Part shown: piece after piece, positions 37,713 through 50,499 of the stretch
How positions within the stretch are numbered: position 1 is the first letter of the stretch
Layout: every line of letters starts with the position of its first letter
From: Octopus vulgaris
Taxonomy: Eukaryota
Direction of reading: 5' to 3'
Length of the DNA stretch: 64,000 nucleotides
NCBI GenBank assembly: GCA_951406725.2
Contig: OX597821.1
Location: 48,236,001-48,300,000 of the forward strand
Translations under genes and position numbers: made by a program
Notes under the pieces: generated by a model
The model's input: only the letters and a program-made list of their open reading frames with translations
What the model was told of the DNA's origin: nothing
Database searches by the model: none

Positions 37713-38124
37713 TGGGACGAAGACTGCTCTGCTCAACAAACAAAGCAGCAACAGCAGCCAGCAACAACAACAGTAACAACATCAGGTCAAGGGCCAGTGA
37801 AAGAAACACCAGAGGTGAGGACACAATCAACACACAAGTTCAGAGATAAATCAGTTCAGCCAGAACTAACTTTAAGCAATGCCTGTACAACCGTAGGTCC
37901 TCATTTAGGATTCCAGAAAAGTGTTATGTCATATTCATAGCTAGCCATGTGTGGGGCCTTAAGGATGAAGGGGCCCCATATGCAATTAAATTGATTGGTT
38001 GTAACATTTTTGAATCTCCAGTTTTAAAAGAGGTTATATACCCACAGCCATTCGAGTCTAACGAGCTCTCTATGAGGATGCAAAACCATGACTCTATGAC
38101 TGGCCATATAATTAATTTTATATA

Positions 38125-38183
<59 letters not shown>

Positions 38184-39376
38184 TAAAATCAATAAAAAGA
38201 GTGAAGTGAACTAGCCATGAGAAGTGAAAAGGTAAATGTTTTGGACATAGTCCTTCTTCAAGAGAAAAATAGTTGAAAGAAGAGAAATTACTGAGAGACA
38301 ACAGAATTTTACCTCCTCTAAGATGAAATAAAATGAGAGAATGATGATGATGATGATGATGACGACGACGACGATGACAACGACAATGACAACGACGACG
38401 ACGACGATGATGATGATGACGATGACGATGACAACGACGATGACAGAAAAAATTCTAAGATGATGGTATGATGGTATTGTTGCATTAGTGCTAGTAATAT
38501 GGCTGCAACAACTACTGGCATTATTGCTATTCCTGTTAATAGTGAATATGATGATGGTGATGGTAGTGGTAGCAGTGATGGTGGTGATAGTGTTGGAGCC
38601 ACAGCAGTGAAATAATGGTAATAGAGATGGAAATGGTTCTGATGTGGATTAACAGGCGAAAAAGAAGATAAAGTAGAGAGTCAGAAGAGATGAAACAAGA
38701 GGAGGATAGTTACATAGTGATGATGATGATGACAATGACAACAACAAAAGTGTTTACATTTGGCCTTCATTAGCTCGTGTAATCCCTAAACTGCAAATGG
38801 AAATGTATCAAAAGAATCAAAGCTTTGGGTCAGAGGATTAGCTTCATAGTTAAATTAGCCAAATGAAGGAATCTGGTCAAAATCTTAGATATGTCCTCAT
38901 CTGCTGTCCCTCCCGACCTCTGCTAATAACATAGACTTATGGTGGATGTTATTGGAGTTACCATTGCCAATATAGAACCTAGAACCATTATTGAATTATA
39001 AGGATTATATTTAATTATTTATAAGAATAAGAGATCAGGGTCAATGAATATGTGAGGTCGAACCATCATAGCCATGAAAGTGGAGTGAAGTGGGAAGGAA
39101 GGTTAACAGGGTTTATCTGTAGGTACATCACAACAAATTGTACATTCTTTAATTGATCATTGATGATTATGGTATTAATAGAAATTAGGGGAAGAATTAG
39201 TGAATAAATAAAATAGAATATTGGATTAAGATTTATGGCTCTATGTTCTGCATTCAACCCTGTCAAAATCAGCATGGTTTTACATCTCTCCAGGAGTCAT
39301 AGTACTTGTAATAAACTGAGAACCACTTAACTATACATCAACACTAGTTATATAACCAGTTGAATCAATGACTATT

Positions 39377-39413
<37 letters not shown>

Positions 39414-39609
39414 TCTATCAATAAACCAACATTGATAGAATACAATATGAATGGAAACATGGATTTGGGAGACCCAGGAAGTGCTGAAGGATGACTTGCA
39501 AAGGGGATGACAAAGGACTGAGATATCTGGCACCTAGCTGTTATCGAAAAGACCAGTCTTCCACAGCAGAAGTGTTAATGCCACTCCTCTTGATGAAGAG
39601 GATTGGCCT

Positions 39610-39853
39610 GCAACAGCTTTGTGTCGGTGCTCCATAAAAAGCACTTGTACCAGTGCCACGTGAAGGTGCTCATGTCAGTTCCATGTTAAAAGCACCCAGC
39701 ACACACTGTAAAATTGTTGGCATTAGGAAGGACATTTAGCCGTAGAAAATAAATCAAATCATACTGCAACATGGTGCCACTCTCCTGTTTGGCAGCGCTG
39801 GTCAAAATGTCCAACCCATGCCAGCATGAAAAACAGACATTAAATGATGATGA
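39610..39853 (+). mobile_element. RTE-tail repeat copy
   Basis: aaaagcacccagcacacactgtaaaattgttggcattaggaagg..ccaacccatgccagcatg..ttaaatgatgatga. Confidence 0.7.
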
Positions 39854-39903
39854 CAAGGTCACACTACACACATAACAAATTATATTTTGGGGTGTAATAG
39901 AGA

Positions 39904-40365
39904 TTAACCCCTAGGAGATGGCAGGGCCAATCTATCAGCCAAAAAGTTGGATGATGAAGATGACTGAGCCAATCCATCAGCCCAATAATACAAGCCTCAA
40001 GATTAGCTGGCTGGTCTTCGTACCAGCCAATTAGATTGTTTCTTACATTTCTTACACATCTGGACCTGTCAACGGCAGCTTCCATGATAATTTGCTGAGT
40101 TCTGTGATTTTACATCGATTTTTTTTTGTGTGTGTGTGTGTGTGTGCCAAGTGAACATCATGAAATTTCACCATGTCCAACAGTGGCACTGATGAAAACA
40201 TCCTTAGCAAGTCTGATTTCTCTCAGCCTACCAGTGAATCTGACACTGAAGCTGGTTAAAACAACCAAGAAAGTAATGAAGATCAAAATAATGATGGTGA
40301 TGATAATGTTGTGAACCCTTGGCTTAGGATTAGGGATACTGAACTAGATAAAATGATGATGATGA

Positions 40366-40399
<34 letters not shown>

Positions 40400-40872
40400 A
40401 AAGATGATGGTATGATGGTATTGTGGCATTAGTGCTAGTAATACTACACTCGCGGAGTGGTTGGCGTTAGGAAGGGCATCCAGCTGTAGAAACACTGCCA
40501 GATCAGACTGGAGCCTGGTGCAGCCCCTGGCTTCCCAGACACCGGTCGAACAGTCCAACCCGTGCTAGCGAGGAAAACGAACGTTAAACGATGATGATGA
40601 TGATGATGATGATGATAATAGAGATAATCCCTATGAGTTTTTAGAAAATATAGTGCCTAGTAATACGCCACAAGGCATAAACATCCCAGTGGAATACTTT
40701 ATGCTGTTTTTCACATGGAATCTCATTCAAATGTTTGTCAGAGTGACTAATAAGTATGCTGTCAACTTTCTCAGGAACACTCACCTTACGAGGAGGTCCC
40801 TAGGTCATAAATGGCTCAACCTACTTGGCACTGAACTCCAAATGAAGCTCTATCTCCAAAAGGTTAAGGATA
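39904..40872 (+). mobile_element. piggyBac-like 5' fragment
   Basis: TTAA-CCC terminus at 39904, acidic N-terminal stretch at 40170-40310, and PVEYFMLFFTWNLIQMFVRVTNKYA matching the piggyBac P..F.LFF..IV..TN.YA motif. Confidence 0.6.
40443..40616 (+). mobile_element. RTE-tail copy
   Basis: actacactcgcggagtggttggcgttaggaagggcatccagc..gttaaacg(atg)n. Confidence 0.85.
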
Positions 40873-40875
40873 ATC

Positions 40876-41089
40876 ATCTGCCAGCCTCGCCTGGCACTTG
40901 TACAGGTGGCACGTAAAAGGCACCCACTACACTCACGGAGTGGTTGGCGTTAGGAAGGGCATCCAGCTGTAGAAACACTGCCAGATAAGACTGGATCCTG
41001 GTGCAGCCTTCTGGCTTTCCAGATTCCCGGTCGAACCGTCCAACCCATGCTAGCATGGAGAACGGACGTTAAACGATGATGATGATGAT
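40876..41089 (+). mobile_element. RTE-tail copy
   Basis: Near-identical to 36893-37073. Confidence 0.85.
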
Positions 41090-41464
41090 CTCCACCAGAT
41101 TAAACCCCAGTCCATGTCATACATCTTATAGCATTCACTTACAACTATTTAAATTCTGTATGAATTAAATGGACAGCAGTCAAAATTTCTGACCATGAAT
41201 TTTTGCAGTTGCTGGATCAACTGAACTACCAAACTCATTGAATTAGAATCTATGTGGCTGAGTATTCCACAGGTATGTATATCCTTCTGTGGTGGAATGA
41301 ATGTGACAGTGACTAGGTCATGTTTGAAGTTCAGGTAAAACTCCATTGAATGGAATTGTATATAGTTGTCACTGAATGACACTTGTCCAAAACATCATAT
41401 AGTAGGATTAATCCTGGCGCCTTACAGCTGCAAAGTGAACTTCTAAATCATTCAGTCATACTAA

Positions 41465-41685
41465 GAGAGTAAACTAGCAGAATTGTTAGCATGCTGGGCG
41501 AAATGTTTTGCAGCATTTGATCCAACGTTTCTCTTTATGTTTTGAGTTCAAATGCCACTGGGGTAAACTTTGCTTTCATTCTTTCAGGGTCAACAAGATA
41601 AGTACCAGTTGAGCACAGGGATCTATGTAATCAACTTACCTCCTCACCTGAAATTGGCGGCCTCATGCCAAAATTTTTAAACCAA
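41465..41685 (+). mobile_element. SINE family B copy
   Basis: Homologous to 13867-14085 and 14100-14320. Confidence 0.7.
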
Positions 41686-42917
41686 TCATTCAGTCACACT
41701 CTGTCTACATCAATTAAATACAAGAATAGAACGGATATGGATCTGTGCACTAGGAATACAGCACTGGATCCACACAGTCAAATTTCTCAAGCAATATCAA
41801 AAAGGTTGGTGAGTGAGCTGAATGTGTAAAGTTCTGTCAGACATATTTCAACACAGAAGAACCAGAGAAAAATACTCAAAGATAGTCTACATGAAACCAA
41901 ACAGTATAAGCTATGTATCATACTAAGTATATACACCTCTAGCATCTTACCTGTCAGCTATGTATATGCATTAAGTCTGATATGTAGATGGCTATTTTAA
42001 TTAATGCTTTTTGAATTGCATACACTAAATTCTTATTCAGTATCAGTGAATGTATAATTCACTGCTTCTTAAATAACAGAAGGGACAGATTTCATTTTAG
42101 GCATGTGATTACCAAGTATACATCATTGAAAAGGTTCAAGAATGATATAACATATCTGATACTCTCATGGGTCTCTGCTGGGATGTTGGTGGTGGTGGTG
42201 GTGGTGCTACTGCTGCTGCTGCTGCTGTTGCTGCTGCCTGTGATGACAGTGGCAGCAGCAGCATCAGAAGCAGCAGCTGCCTCTACCACCACCACCACCA
42301 CCACCACCATTCATTATTGTGGTCTAGATACAATGATTCTGGAAAAAATAGATGAGATGGTCATGGCTAAAATGCATTTTGATACAGACTGACACGAATG
42401 AGGCTAACAGCAGCATCGACAACACTAACAACGATGATGGCAACTACAAGAGTTAGCAAGGCACTGATCAGACAAACAACAAATTTGCATAACAGCAATG
42501 GCAATGACAACAGCAATGCTGGTGGCAATGCAAGCATCAATAACAACAGTAACAAGAATGATGGCAACAGTTACAACAACAGTAATAACAAAGGCAACAA
42601 TTATGAAAATAATAACATCAACAAAGAAAATGACAACAGCAAGAGAAACAACAAGAACAAAAACAACAACAATTCCAACAATAACAATAACAAAACTCCA
42701 AACCAATTTCCTTGTTGACTGTCAGAATAAATTTTTCTTGATGTATTTCCTTTCATTCAATTTCGTGCAGCTATGTCTTCCAATTATTTTCAGAAACGGA
42801 CCTGTCCTCTTCGTTAATCATTTCACAACCCAACTCATAATCACCTCTTCATTAAAAATTGCTAAAGTTCTACAGTCATTGATTACACATATACACATGC
42901 AAATACAAGCACACATG

Positions 42918-42962
<45 letters not shown>

Positions 42963-43519
42963 GTGTGTGTGTGTTTGTGTGTGTATGTGCATTATGTGCA
43001 TAGACATATATGTATGTATATATATATGTATGTATGTATATATATAAGTATGTATATATCATCTCATTTAATCTAATGAAATTGATTTTAATCTCAATTA
43101 GTTGACAAAACAAAGAATGCAATCAACTGACTTTCTCCATTTAAGTTATTGATTCTTCAGTTTCTTGCCAAAATTTATCGAGTCCTTGTTGCCATAGATG
43201 CGTCATAATAACATGTTTACTGTCAAAACACTGGTGGTTGGGTATAGAAATAACTCAGTGGATAAGCAACATAGATGCAGATATTTTTCATTTCTCCTTC
43301 CTCCTAACCACTAGTCTTTTACAGCGAAAAACCAAATGACAGAGGTGGGTTGAATATATCTGTCTTCTATGTAATCAAATGATTGATGGATCCATTGTCT
43401 TATTCAAAATCAACTGATCAATAAAATCAATAACAGAAATCATATAATAAATTTGCATATGTGTATGTGTCATATTAGCATAAAGTGACATAGAGCACAG
43501 GTGTGATTAAGTGTCAGTA

Positions 43520-43665
43520 TTGTTGTGTGATTAAAATGTTTGCCTCCCAATCTCATAATAGCGAGTTCAGTTCCAATGCATGACATGCAAATATCATCTA
43601 CAATTGCCACAGGACAACCAAAGCCTTGTGAATAGATTTTTGTGGAATGAAGCTGAAAGGAGTAC
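43520..43665 (+). mobile_element. Degraded 5' part of SINE family C
   Basis: gagttcagttcca..aaccaaagccttgtgaatagattttt..gctgaaagga. Confidence 0.5.
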
Positions 43666-43671
43666 ATTGTA

Positions 43672-46530
43672 TCATCATCACCATCGTTGTTTAACATCTG
43701 TTTTCCATGCTGGCATGGGTTGGACGGTTTGATCAGGGCTGGCAAGCTGAGGGGCTGCAACAGACTCCAGTCTGATTTGGCATGGTTTCCGTGGCTGGAT
43801 ACCCTTCCTAATGCCAACCACTCTGAGAGTGTAATGGGTGCTTTTACACGCCACTGGCGTGGGTGCCAGTTACATGACACCAGCATCATCCACAATGCCT
43901 CAATTAGGCCCAATGCTTGAATGGTGCCTTTTTCATGCCATAGGCATGGGGGCCAGTTACCCCATGACACCAGCATTGGCCACAACAACGATTTCACTAG
44001 GCTTGACCGGTCTTCTCAAGCACAGCCCATCACCAAAAATCTCAGTCTCTAATCATTGACTCCATGAAGCCCAACATTCAAAGATCATACTTCACCACCT
44101 TGCCCCGTGTCTTCCTGGGTCTACCTCTACCACAAGTTCTCTCTGCAGTTAGAGATTGGCACTTCTTTACACAACTGTCCTTGTCCAAATGCATCACATC
44201 ACCATACCAGCACATTTGTCTTGCTTGCGCACTACACCTGATGCCTCTTATGTTCAACTTTTCTCTCAAGATGCTTATACTCTATCGTATATGAACACTG
44301 ACATTGCACATCCATCAAAGCATACTAGCTTCATTTCTTTCAAGCCCATGTTTCACTGCTGTGTAGCATAGCTTGTTTACACACAGGCATCATACAGCTT
44401 ACCTGTCATTCTGAGGGAGAAGCTCTTTGATGCCAACAGGAGTAGGAGCTCTGAACTTTTCCAGCCTATTCTTATTTTCACAGCTATGCTCTCGGGACAT
44501 CCACCTTTATAATGACTTGATCCTCTAAATAACAGCAGCTATCAACTAACTTTCGCTAACCCTGCTGGCAGTTGATGGAGTCTATTTTCTGTACATTTTC
44601 AGTGTTTGCTGTACTTGTGCACATTTCACACACAAAAACTATTTTCTCAGTTAATCTTCCTCTGATATTGCTGCACCTCTTATGTGTCCATAGTTTGCAC
44701 TTGGTACATCTTATGGAGTTTCTAGCTACACCTTTCCTACAGATCAAGCAGGGCCATCTTCTGAAGGGATTTGTGATTTGTCTGCTTTCCTACTTTCTAA
44801 GACTTTGATTTTTGCTAGGTTAACTCTAAGGCCCTTTGATTCCAGATCTTGCTTCCACACCTGAAATTTCTTCTCAAGCTCTGGTAGTGATTCAGCTGTG
44901 AGAACAAGGTAATCAGTATAGAGGAGCTCCCAGAAGCAGTCTGTCTTAAATTCCTCTGTTATTGCCTGGAGGACTATGATGAACAAATGGAGCTGACGAC
45001 TGATCTATGGGGAACCCCTACTTTTACCCTGAACTCATCGCTATACTTGTTGCCAACCCTCTCCTTACTGACTGCATCCCTGGACATGGCTTGTACAGCT
45101 CTCACCAACCACTCGACTATCCCTAGTTTCCTCATTGAATTCTAGATAATAGATTAGGGGATCCTGTCAAAGGCTTTCACCATGTCAACAAAAGCCAGAT
45201 ACAGAGGTTTATCTTTGGCTAGGTATTTCTCCTGCTGCTGCCTTACCAGAAATATAGTATCAGTGGAGCTACTCCCAAGCATAAAAACGAAACTGCATCT
45301 CATCTGGACTAACTCTCTCCCTAATTAGTTGGGTTGTAACCCTCTCCATGACTTTCACCACTTGATCTCTCCTCATCTTCATATCCTTCATGGCTTTGTC
45401 TACAATTCTACTATCTATTTGTGGAGCTAGTCCCTCTGTTGGATCAACTTTAGGCAGACTCTCCATCTCCCGTGAGTTCTCTACATTTAGTAGCCTTTCA
45501 TAGTAGCACTTCCAAGCATCTTTCATTGCAGAGTCATTAACTACAAGTGAACCATCATACATGTGAACACACTTCTCTTCCACAACTCTGCAATTTTCCC
45601 TGTCTGGCACACTGTCTTGCAAATCGTAACACTTCATGCCGCTGTTCCTCATACTGCAGAACATTGGTAAACTTCTTCCTTTCTGCTTCACCCTCGGCTT
45701 TGTATACCTACTTCCTAGCTTCCCTTCTACTTGCCTGCTATAGCTCCTTGCTACCACCACCCTTCCAGTTTTTTCCAAGCTTGTTTCTTTGCTCTAATGG
45801 CCCTATCAAGTACATTGTTCTATCATTATGTCACCCCAGGTCTGGATGGGACATTGCACCACCCATAAATTTGGTCTGTGGCCCTCAGTAAGTTGTCTCA
45901 TAGGAACTCACAGTTATCCTCTATATTGCAAGTCTGCAACACCTACTCTTTCCCATGAAATGCTTCGGTTAGGAGGTCCCTAAACCAGATCCTTCTTTTC
46001 TAAACTGGCTTGCATATTGGAATCATTTGTGCTTGCAGTTTGAACTCACTAATGCGTAACTTATGCTGAAGGGTAAACTCTTCACCAGGGAAGGACTTTG
46101 CATTCAAGAGCAACCATGAATCCTATTTTCTGGTGAGAATGTAGTCGATCAGGCTAGCATGGTCACCGGATTTATAGGTTATCAGGTAGTTGGTCAGTTG
46201 GTGTTACATATAGTTAGGTCACTTGCATCACAGAACGCCAGCAGCCTTGTTCTTTCTTCGTTTTGAGAGTCAATTCTATGGCCACCATACACCCACTGGA
46301 AGACACCTGAGTGCTGCCTAACATGCCCATTGAAATCATCAGCCATGAAGATAAGGTCACTGTCACCTCTTTTCAATGTAACCTGCAAAAGAGTGTTATA
46401 AAAACAGTCCTTTTGTACATTTGACAGGCCTGGTTGTGGGATATCAGCAGAGATGATTGTTGCTGTGCTATTCTGCAAAACTAGCCTGAGCTTAAGAACC
46501 TTGTCACATAGTCTGACTACCTCAATCACC
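43672..46530 (-). mobile_element. Near-complete degenerate RTE LINE (APE endonuclease, RT with PHD-type finger, 3' UTR, (GAT)n tail)
   Basis: APE motifs IISADIPQPG, ADDFNGHV, LTICNT, IDYIL; RT motifs MQFRF, LAFVD, LLYTDYL; C-terminal WYGDVMH and GRGRPRKT. Confidence 0.9.
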
Positions 46531-46600
46531 TTACATGCACACACACACACACACACACTTATAATACATTATTTAAAAGGATTTATTTAAATAACTAGTG

Positions 46601-47878
46601 TATGAGGGGTGTTCAATAAGTAATGGCCCTGACCCACTTCCCGTAGCAGTAGAGCAACGAAGCTTGGCACAGTTATTAGTCTTTTTCTACATAGGAACTA
46701 CCCAGAGTTACGCATTTCTTCCATCGTTTGATGCAGCTCTGGAGACCATTTTTGTAGAAGACCCCAGCTTGGTCCTCCAACGTGACTTCAGAAATCAAGG
46801 CTGCATCATCTGGGAAACGCTTTCCTTTCAAAACAACTTCATGGCTGGGAAGAGGTGAAAATCAGAGGGTGCAAGGTCAGGAGAGTAGGGGGGATGGGGG
46901 AGGAGTTCATAGCCACACACCTGTGCTTCTGATCTGGCGACAAGCGAGTTGTGGACCGGAGCGTTGTCCTGCAGGAGGAGGATGCCTTTGCTGATCTTGC
47001 CCCGCCTCTTGATTTTGATAGCTTCTCTTAATTTCCTCAAAAGTGAAGCATAATAGGCTTCTGTAATTGTGGTACCCTTTGCCAGGAAATCTGTCATCAC
47101 TACTTCATCCTGGTCCCAGAAGACTGTGAGCATGACCTTGCCAGCGGAGGGCTGCACCCTTGCCTTCTTTGGAGGAGGTGAGTCATGGTGCTTCCACTGC
47201 ATTGACTGGGCTTTGGTCTCTGGATCATAGTGATGGACCCAGGTTTCATCCTGTGTAATCAGTCTTTTGAAAAATTTTGACTCATCTTCTTGGCACATCT
47301 CCATATTCATCCTCGAGCACTTGACGTGTTCTTGCTTCTGGAAAGGTGTGAGCAACCTGGGAATCCATCTGGCAGACACCTTTTGCATATACAAATGGTC
47401 ATGAATGATAGTTTCTACAGACCCAGTACTAATCTTGACCTCATGGGCTATTTGGCGAATAGTTATGCGTTGATCTTCCAAAATGGCAACCTCAACTTGA
47501 CGGACAGATGCCTCATCAATGGCAGAAGGGGGGGGGACCAGATCTGGGAGCTGTTTCCACAGAGTTCCGACCATGCTTGAATTCACGATGCCAGCGTTTA
47601 ACAAGGTCATATGATGGGGCATCATCACCATAAGTTACTTTCATTTCATTAAAAGTCTCCCTTTCAAATACAAAAACCGGATCACTGCTCGACACTCAAC
47701 AGGCTCCGTTTCACACTTGAGTCAGTTCAAACACCTGTAAATCAGAAACCACAATTTGTTCAGAGCTGTAATTTGCCACTTTATCTATAGAGATATAAAT
47801 AATTGCACATGCAAAATTTCAGCTAGATCAAACAATTGCAAGTGGGTCAGGGGCATTACTTATTGAACGTCCCTCGTA
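46601..47878 (-). mobile_element. Full-length mariner (1278 bp, DD34D, irritans-like), transposase pseudogene with few lesions
   Basis: ~39-bp TIRs (gaggggtgttcaataagtaatggccctgacccactt / aagtgggtcaggggcattacttattgaacgtccctc), TA-flanked. ORF 46828-47631 has WIPRLL, TQDETW, QDNAPVH and SPDLAPSDFHLF. Confidence 0.95.
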
Positions 47879-48465
47879 CATATGTTTACAAATACATTTA
47901 TGTAAAAAATATCTATCATTTCAATGGCAGTTATAAATGGTCGAAATGAATAAAGTGTATAGCATTTGTGGTTACATGTTAAAGAATACATATATAGGTG
48001 ACCCAAAAATATTTAATGAAAATAGAGAAAGTAGAATGAGTGAGATAATGAAAAATGGAAAATGATTGCAAAAAGAATGCCCACTACTGGCAGAAGGATT
48101 AGGTACCTTATCTACATTGTTACCTATTTATTACTCCACTGGTGTTAATAGTTTGGCTATATATTAGATTTTGTGTATTACTCAATTTCATATTAACTAC
48201 AGTCAATTCCAATAGGTTCGTTATGTTATCTTCCTTCCACTATCTATCATAGTTTTATTGTTGTTTTTGATTGCATTATTAGTCAGTTGGGTGTTTACAA
48301 TCCCCCCAGATTTATTTGTGTTATGTTCCACTGTATGTGCATAGTTGCTATTATCACCTGCCATAGCATTACCATTAATATTAGTTTATTATTTGTTCTT
48401 ACAATGTTATTATTGAACTTTCTGGTCCTCCTAATATTGTGTACCACAATAATTTGGACTGATTA

Positions 48466-50345
48466 CACTGGCCAACAAAATGAAACTTTACTGTGTTAAA
48501 TTTTTGATGCTGATTACAAATCTGAAGTCTGATTTCCTCTATCAGGTCGCATTTTCATGTTAATGATATCTGCTGTTTTAACTTATAGGATACGTAAAGC
48601 ATGTCTATATAAAGTATATTGAATACAAGATACGATAATTTCATGGATTTTTATTGTAAAAAATTTAAATTATTGTGTACAAATAAGTTAGAATGCATAA
48701 CAACTTAAAATCTTTGGGATTTGAACTTTCTATAGTGTTTTGTCTCAGGTTCATCCCTGTATAACATCCAACAGTAGTCAGCTAACATTACTGCATTCCA
48801 AAATGCTTGATATCGTTGTTCCATCGATGCAATATCTTGAAAGTGTTCTCCTTGCTCATCAGACACTGCTTCAAGGTTCTCTGCAAAAAAGTCCAGATGT
48901 GTATCAAGAAAATGGATTTGAGTGACATCCGACAGCCCATTGCAGCGTAGGAGTCTATGAAGACATTTCACTCCATTTCTAAACTCTAGAGATCTCTTGT
49001 TGCCTTGGAAATTTTCATAGAGCCATTTGAAGGATTCCCAGGCTTTAAGCTCAATTTTATCCAGTGCTGTGAGGAAGTGGTTGTCCTTCAGGAGTTCTTT
49101 TATCTGCAGACCTATGAATACACACTCCTTCAGTTTTGCCTCAGTGATTTTTGGAAATTTGGCCTTCACATATTCAAAACCTTTTGAGCTTTTCCTGGCA
49201 TCTTCACAAATTGTTTCATGAGGCCAAGCTTTATGTGAAGAGAGAGAAGAAGAAAATTTTCTGGGTTTAAAAGTGGTTTCTCTGGACTCTAGAAACTTCC
49301 AGCTCATATGATTTTCGCAAAGGCCCCTCTGATTGCACATAGTCCTTGTTAGTTGCACGACTATCCCATAGGAATAAAAAGCAACAATATTTCATGAACC
49401 CAGATTGCATTCTCTATATATTTTCCGGCTGTAGTTTGTATACTTTATGACATTGAGGAGTACTTGCATGTTTTCATAACACTCCTTCATGTGCACTGAA
49501 TGTCCTAGTGGAATGGATGGTTTCTTATTGCCGTTGTGTAGTAGTACTGCCTTGAGGCTTCTCATAGATGAATCAATGAATAAGCGCCATTCAGCTGGAA
49601 CATGCTCTGGGAACAAATAGTGAAATAACTCATCAGTGTTATTACTGAAACAAAGTGATTCATCAACAGAGAATCATGAAGTCAGATCCCTATTTCTCTT
49701 TCTGAAATGAGTAATACAAACATCTTTCTTAAGCAGACACTTTTCTTATAGGCAAGATGCTAATGGGTCAGCTTTATCCTTCAACAATGACATGTCCCTA
49801 ACTAAATCATTTAACTCTCCTTGAGAAAATTTCTGTGGTATGTCTTCATTTTCAATCGTGCAATCTGCATCCACTTTGGTGTCTTCCACAGCAGTAGTAT
49901 TTTCTTCAGGAAATACATTTTCGTGAGACATCTGAAAGCCATTTTCTGGTGGTATTGGAATAGGAAGATCATCATCGCTGTGTGGTACTGGTCTTCTTGC
50001 TGATTCCAAGCTGGGATACACAATCTTATGCTTGGTCTTTACAGTAAACCCACGTTGCAGAAATAACAGTCCATGAAATGATCCTTTGGCTCTCTCCATA
50101 TCATAGGTATTGCAAACGGCATTGCTCTCTTCCTCTTATTTAGCCAATCATTTTAGTGCATTTGAACAAGCTGAGCAGATGATGTGCAAAACCCAACTCT
50201 TATCTTGATCCCCAAGAGAGCAGCCAAAGTATAACTGGTAGATCTTCTTGATTTCACTTGTGATGGCACGTTGCTGAGCTTTGGTGGTAAATTAACCACA
50301 AACATGACAAAATATATCAAGACTGTTCTTGCAAAGCCTTGACAT
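48466..50345 (-). mobile_element. Chapaev3-type (CMC/EnSpm superfamily) DNA transposon, transposase pseudogene
   Basis: MSRLCKNSLDIFCHVCG, GDQDKSW, WREPKDH..CYFC, WRLFIDSS..SLKAVLLHNGN, AVSDEQGE, MLADYCW; terminus cactggccaacaaaa at 48466. Family name from recall. Confidence 0.7.
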
Positions 50346-50499
50346 CCTGAGTAGAATTTGATGATGATGATGACTTCGCACCTTAAACAGAAAGTAAAAT
50401 TTAGGAAAAGGAAAGATTATGAAAACATAAAATTACAAAATGAATACAAATAGTTATAAACCAGAAATCAGAATTTACCTGTATAAGACGTTTACCTGT

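Larger units (their letters stand above)
36690..37995 (+). mobile_element. Second Naiad-like PLE fragment (linker, Zn knuckle, GIY-YIG), interrupted by two retroposon insertions
   Basis: [88 protein letters not shown]. Confidence 0.8.

Noticed and set aside
38225-38270. Degenerate hammerhead-like motifs here and at ~8205-8245, ~19680-19715, ~25225-25256 and ~53125-53150
   Set aside because: Each has several core mutations or lacks GAAA or stem I; they are plausible PLE pLTR relics but cannot be called ribozymes.
41209-41274. Candidate exon with ttttgcag acceptor and CAG|GTATGT donor
   Set aside because: All three frames contain stops and there is no other support.
46828-47631. SETMAR-like domesticated gene
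   Set aside because: It is bounded by TIRs, frameshifted, and has no SET-domain exons: an ordinary mariner.
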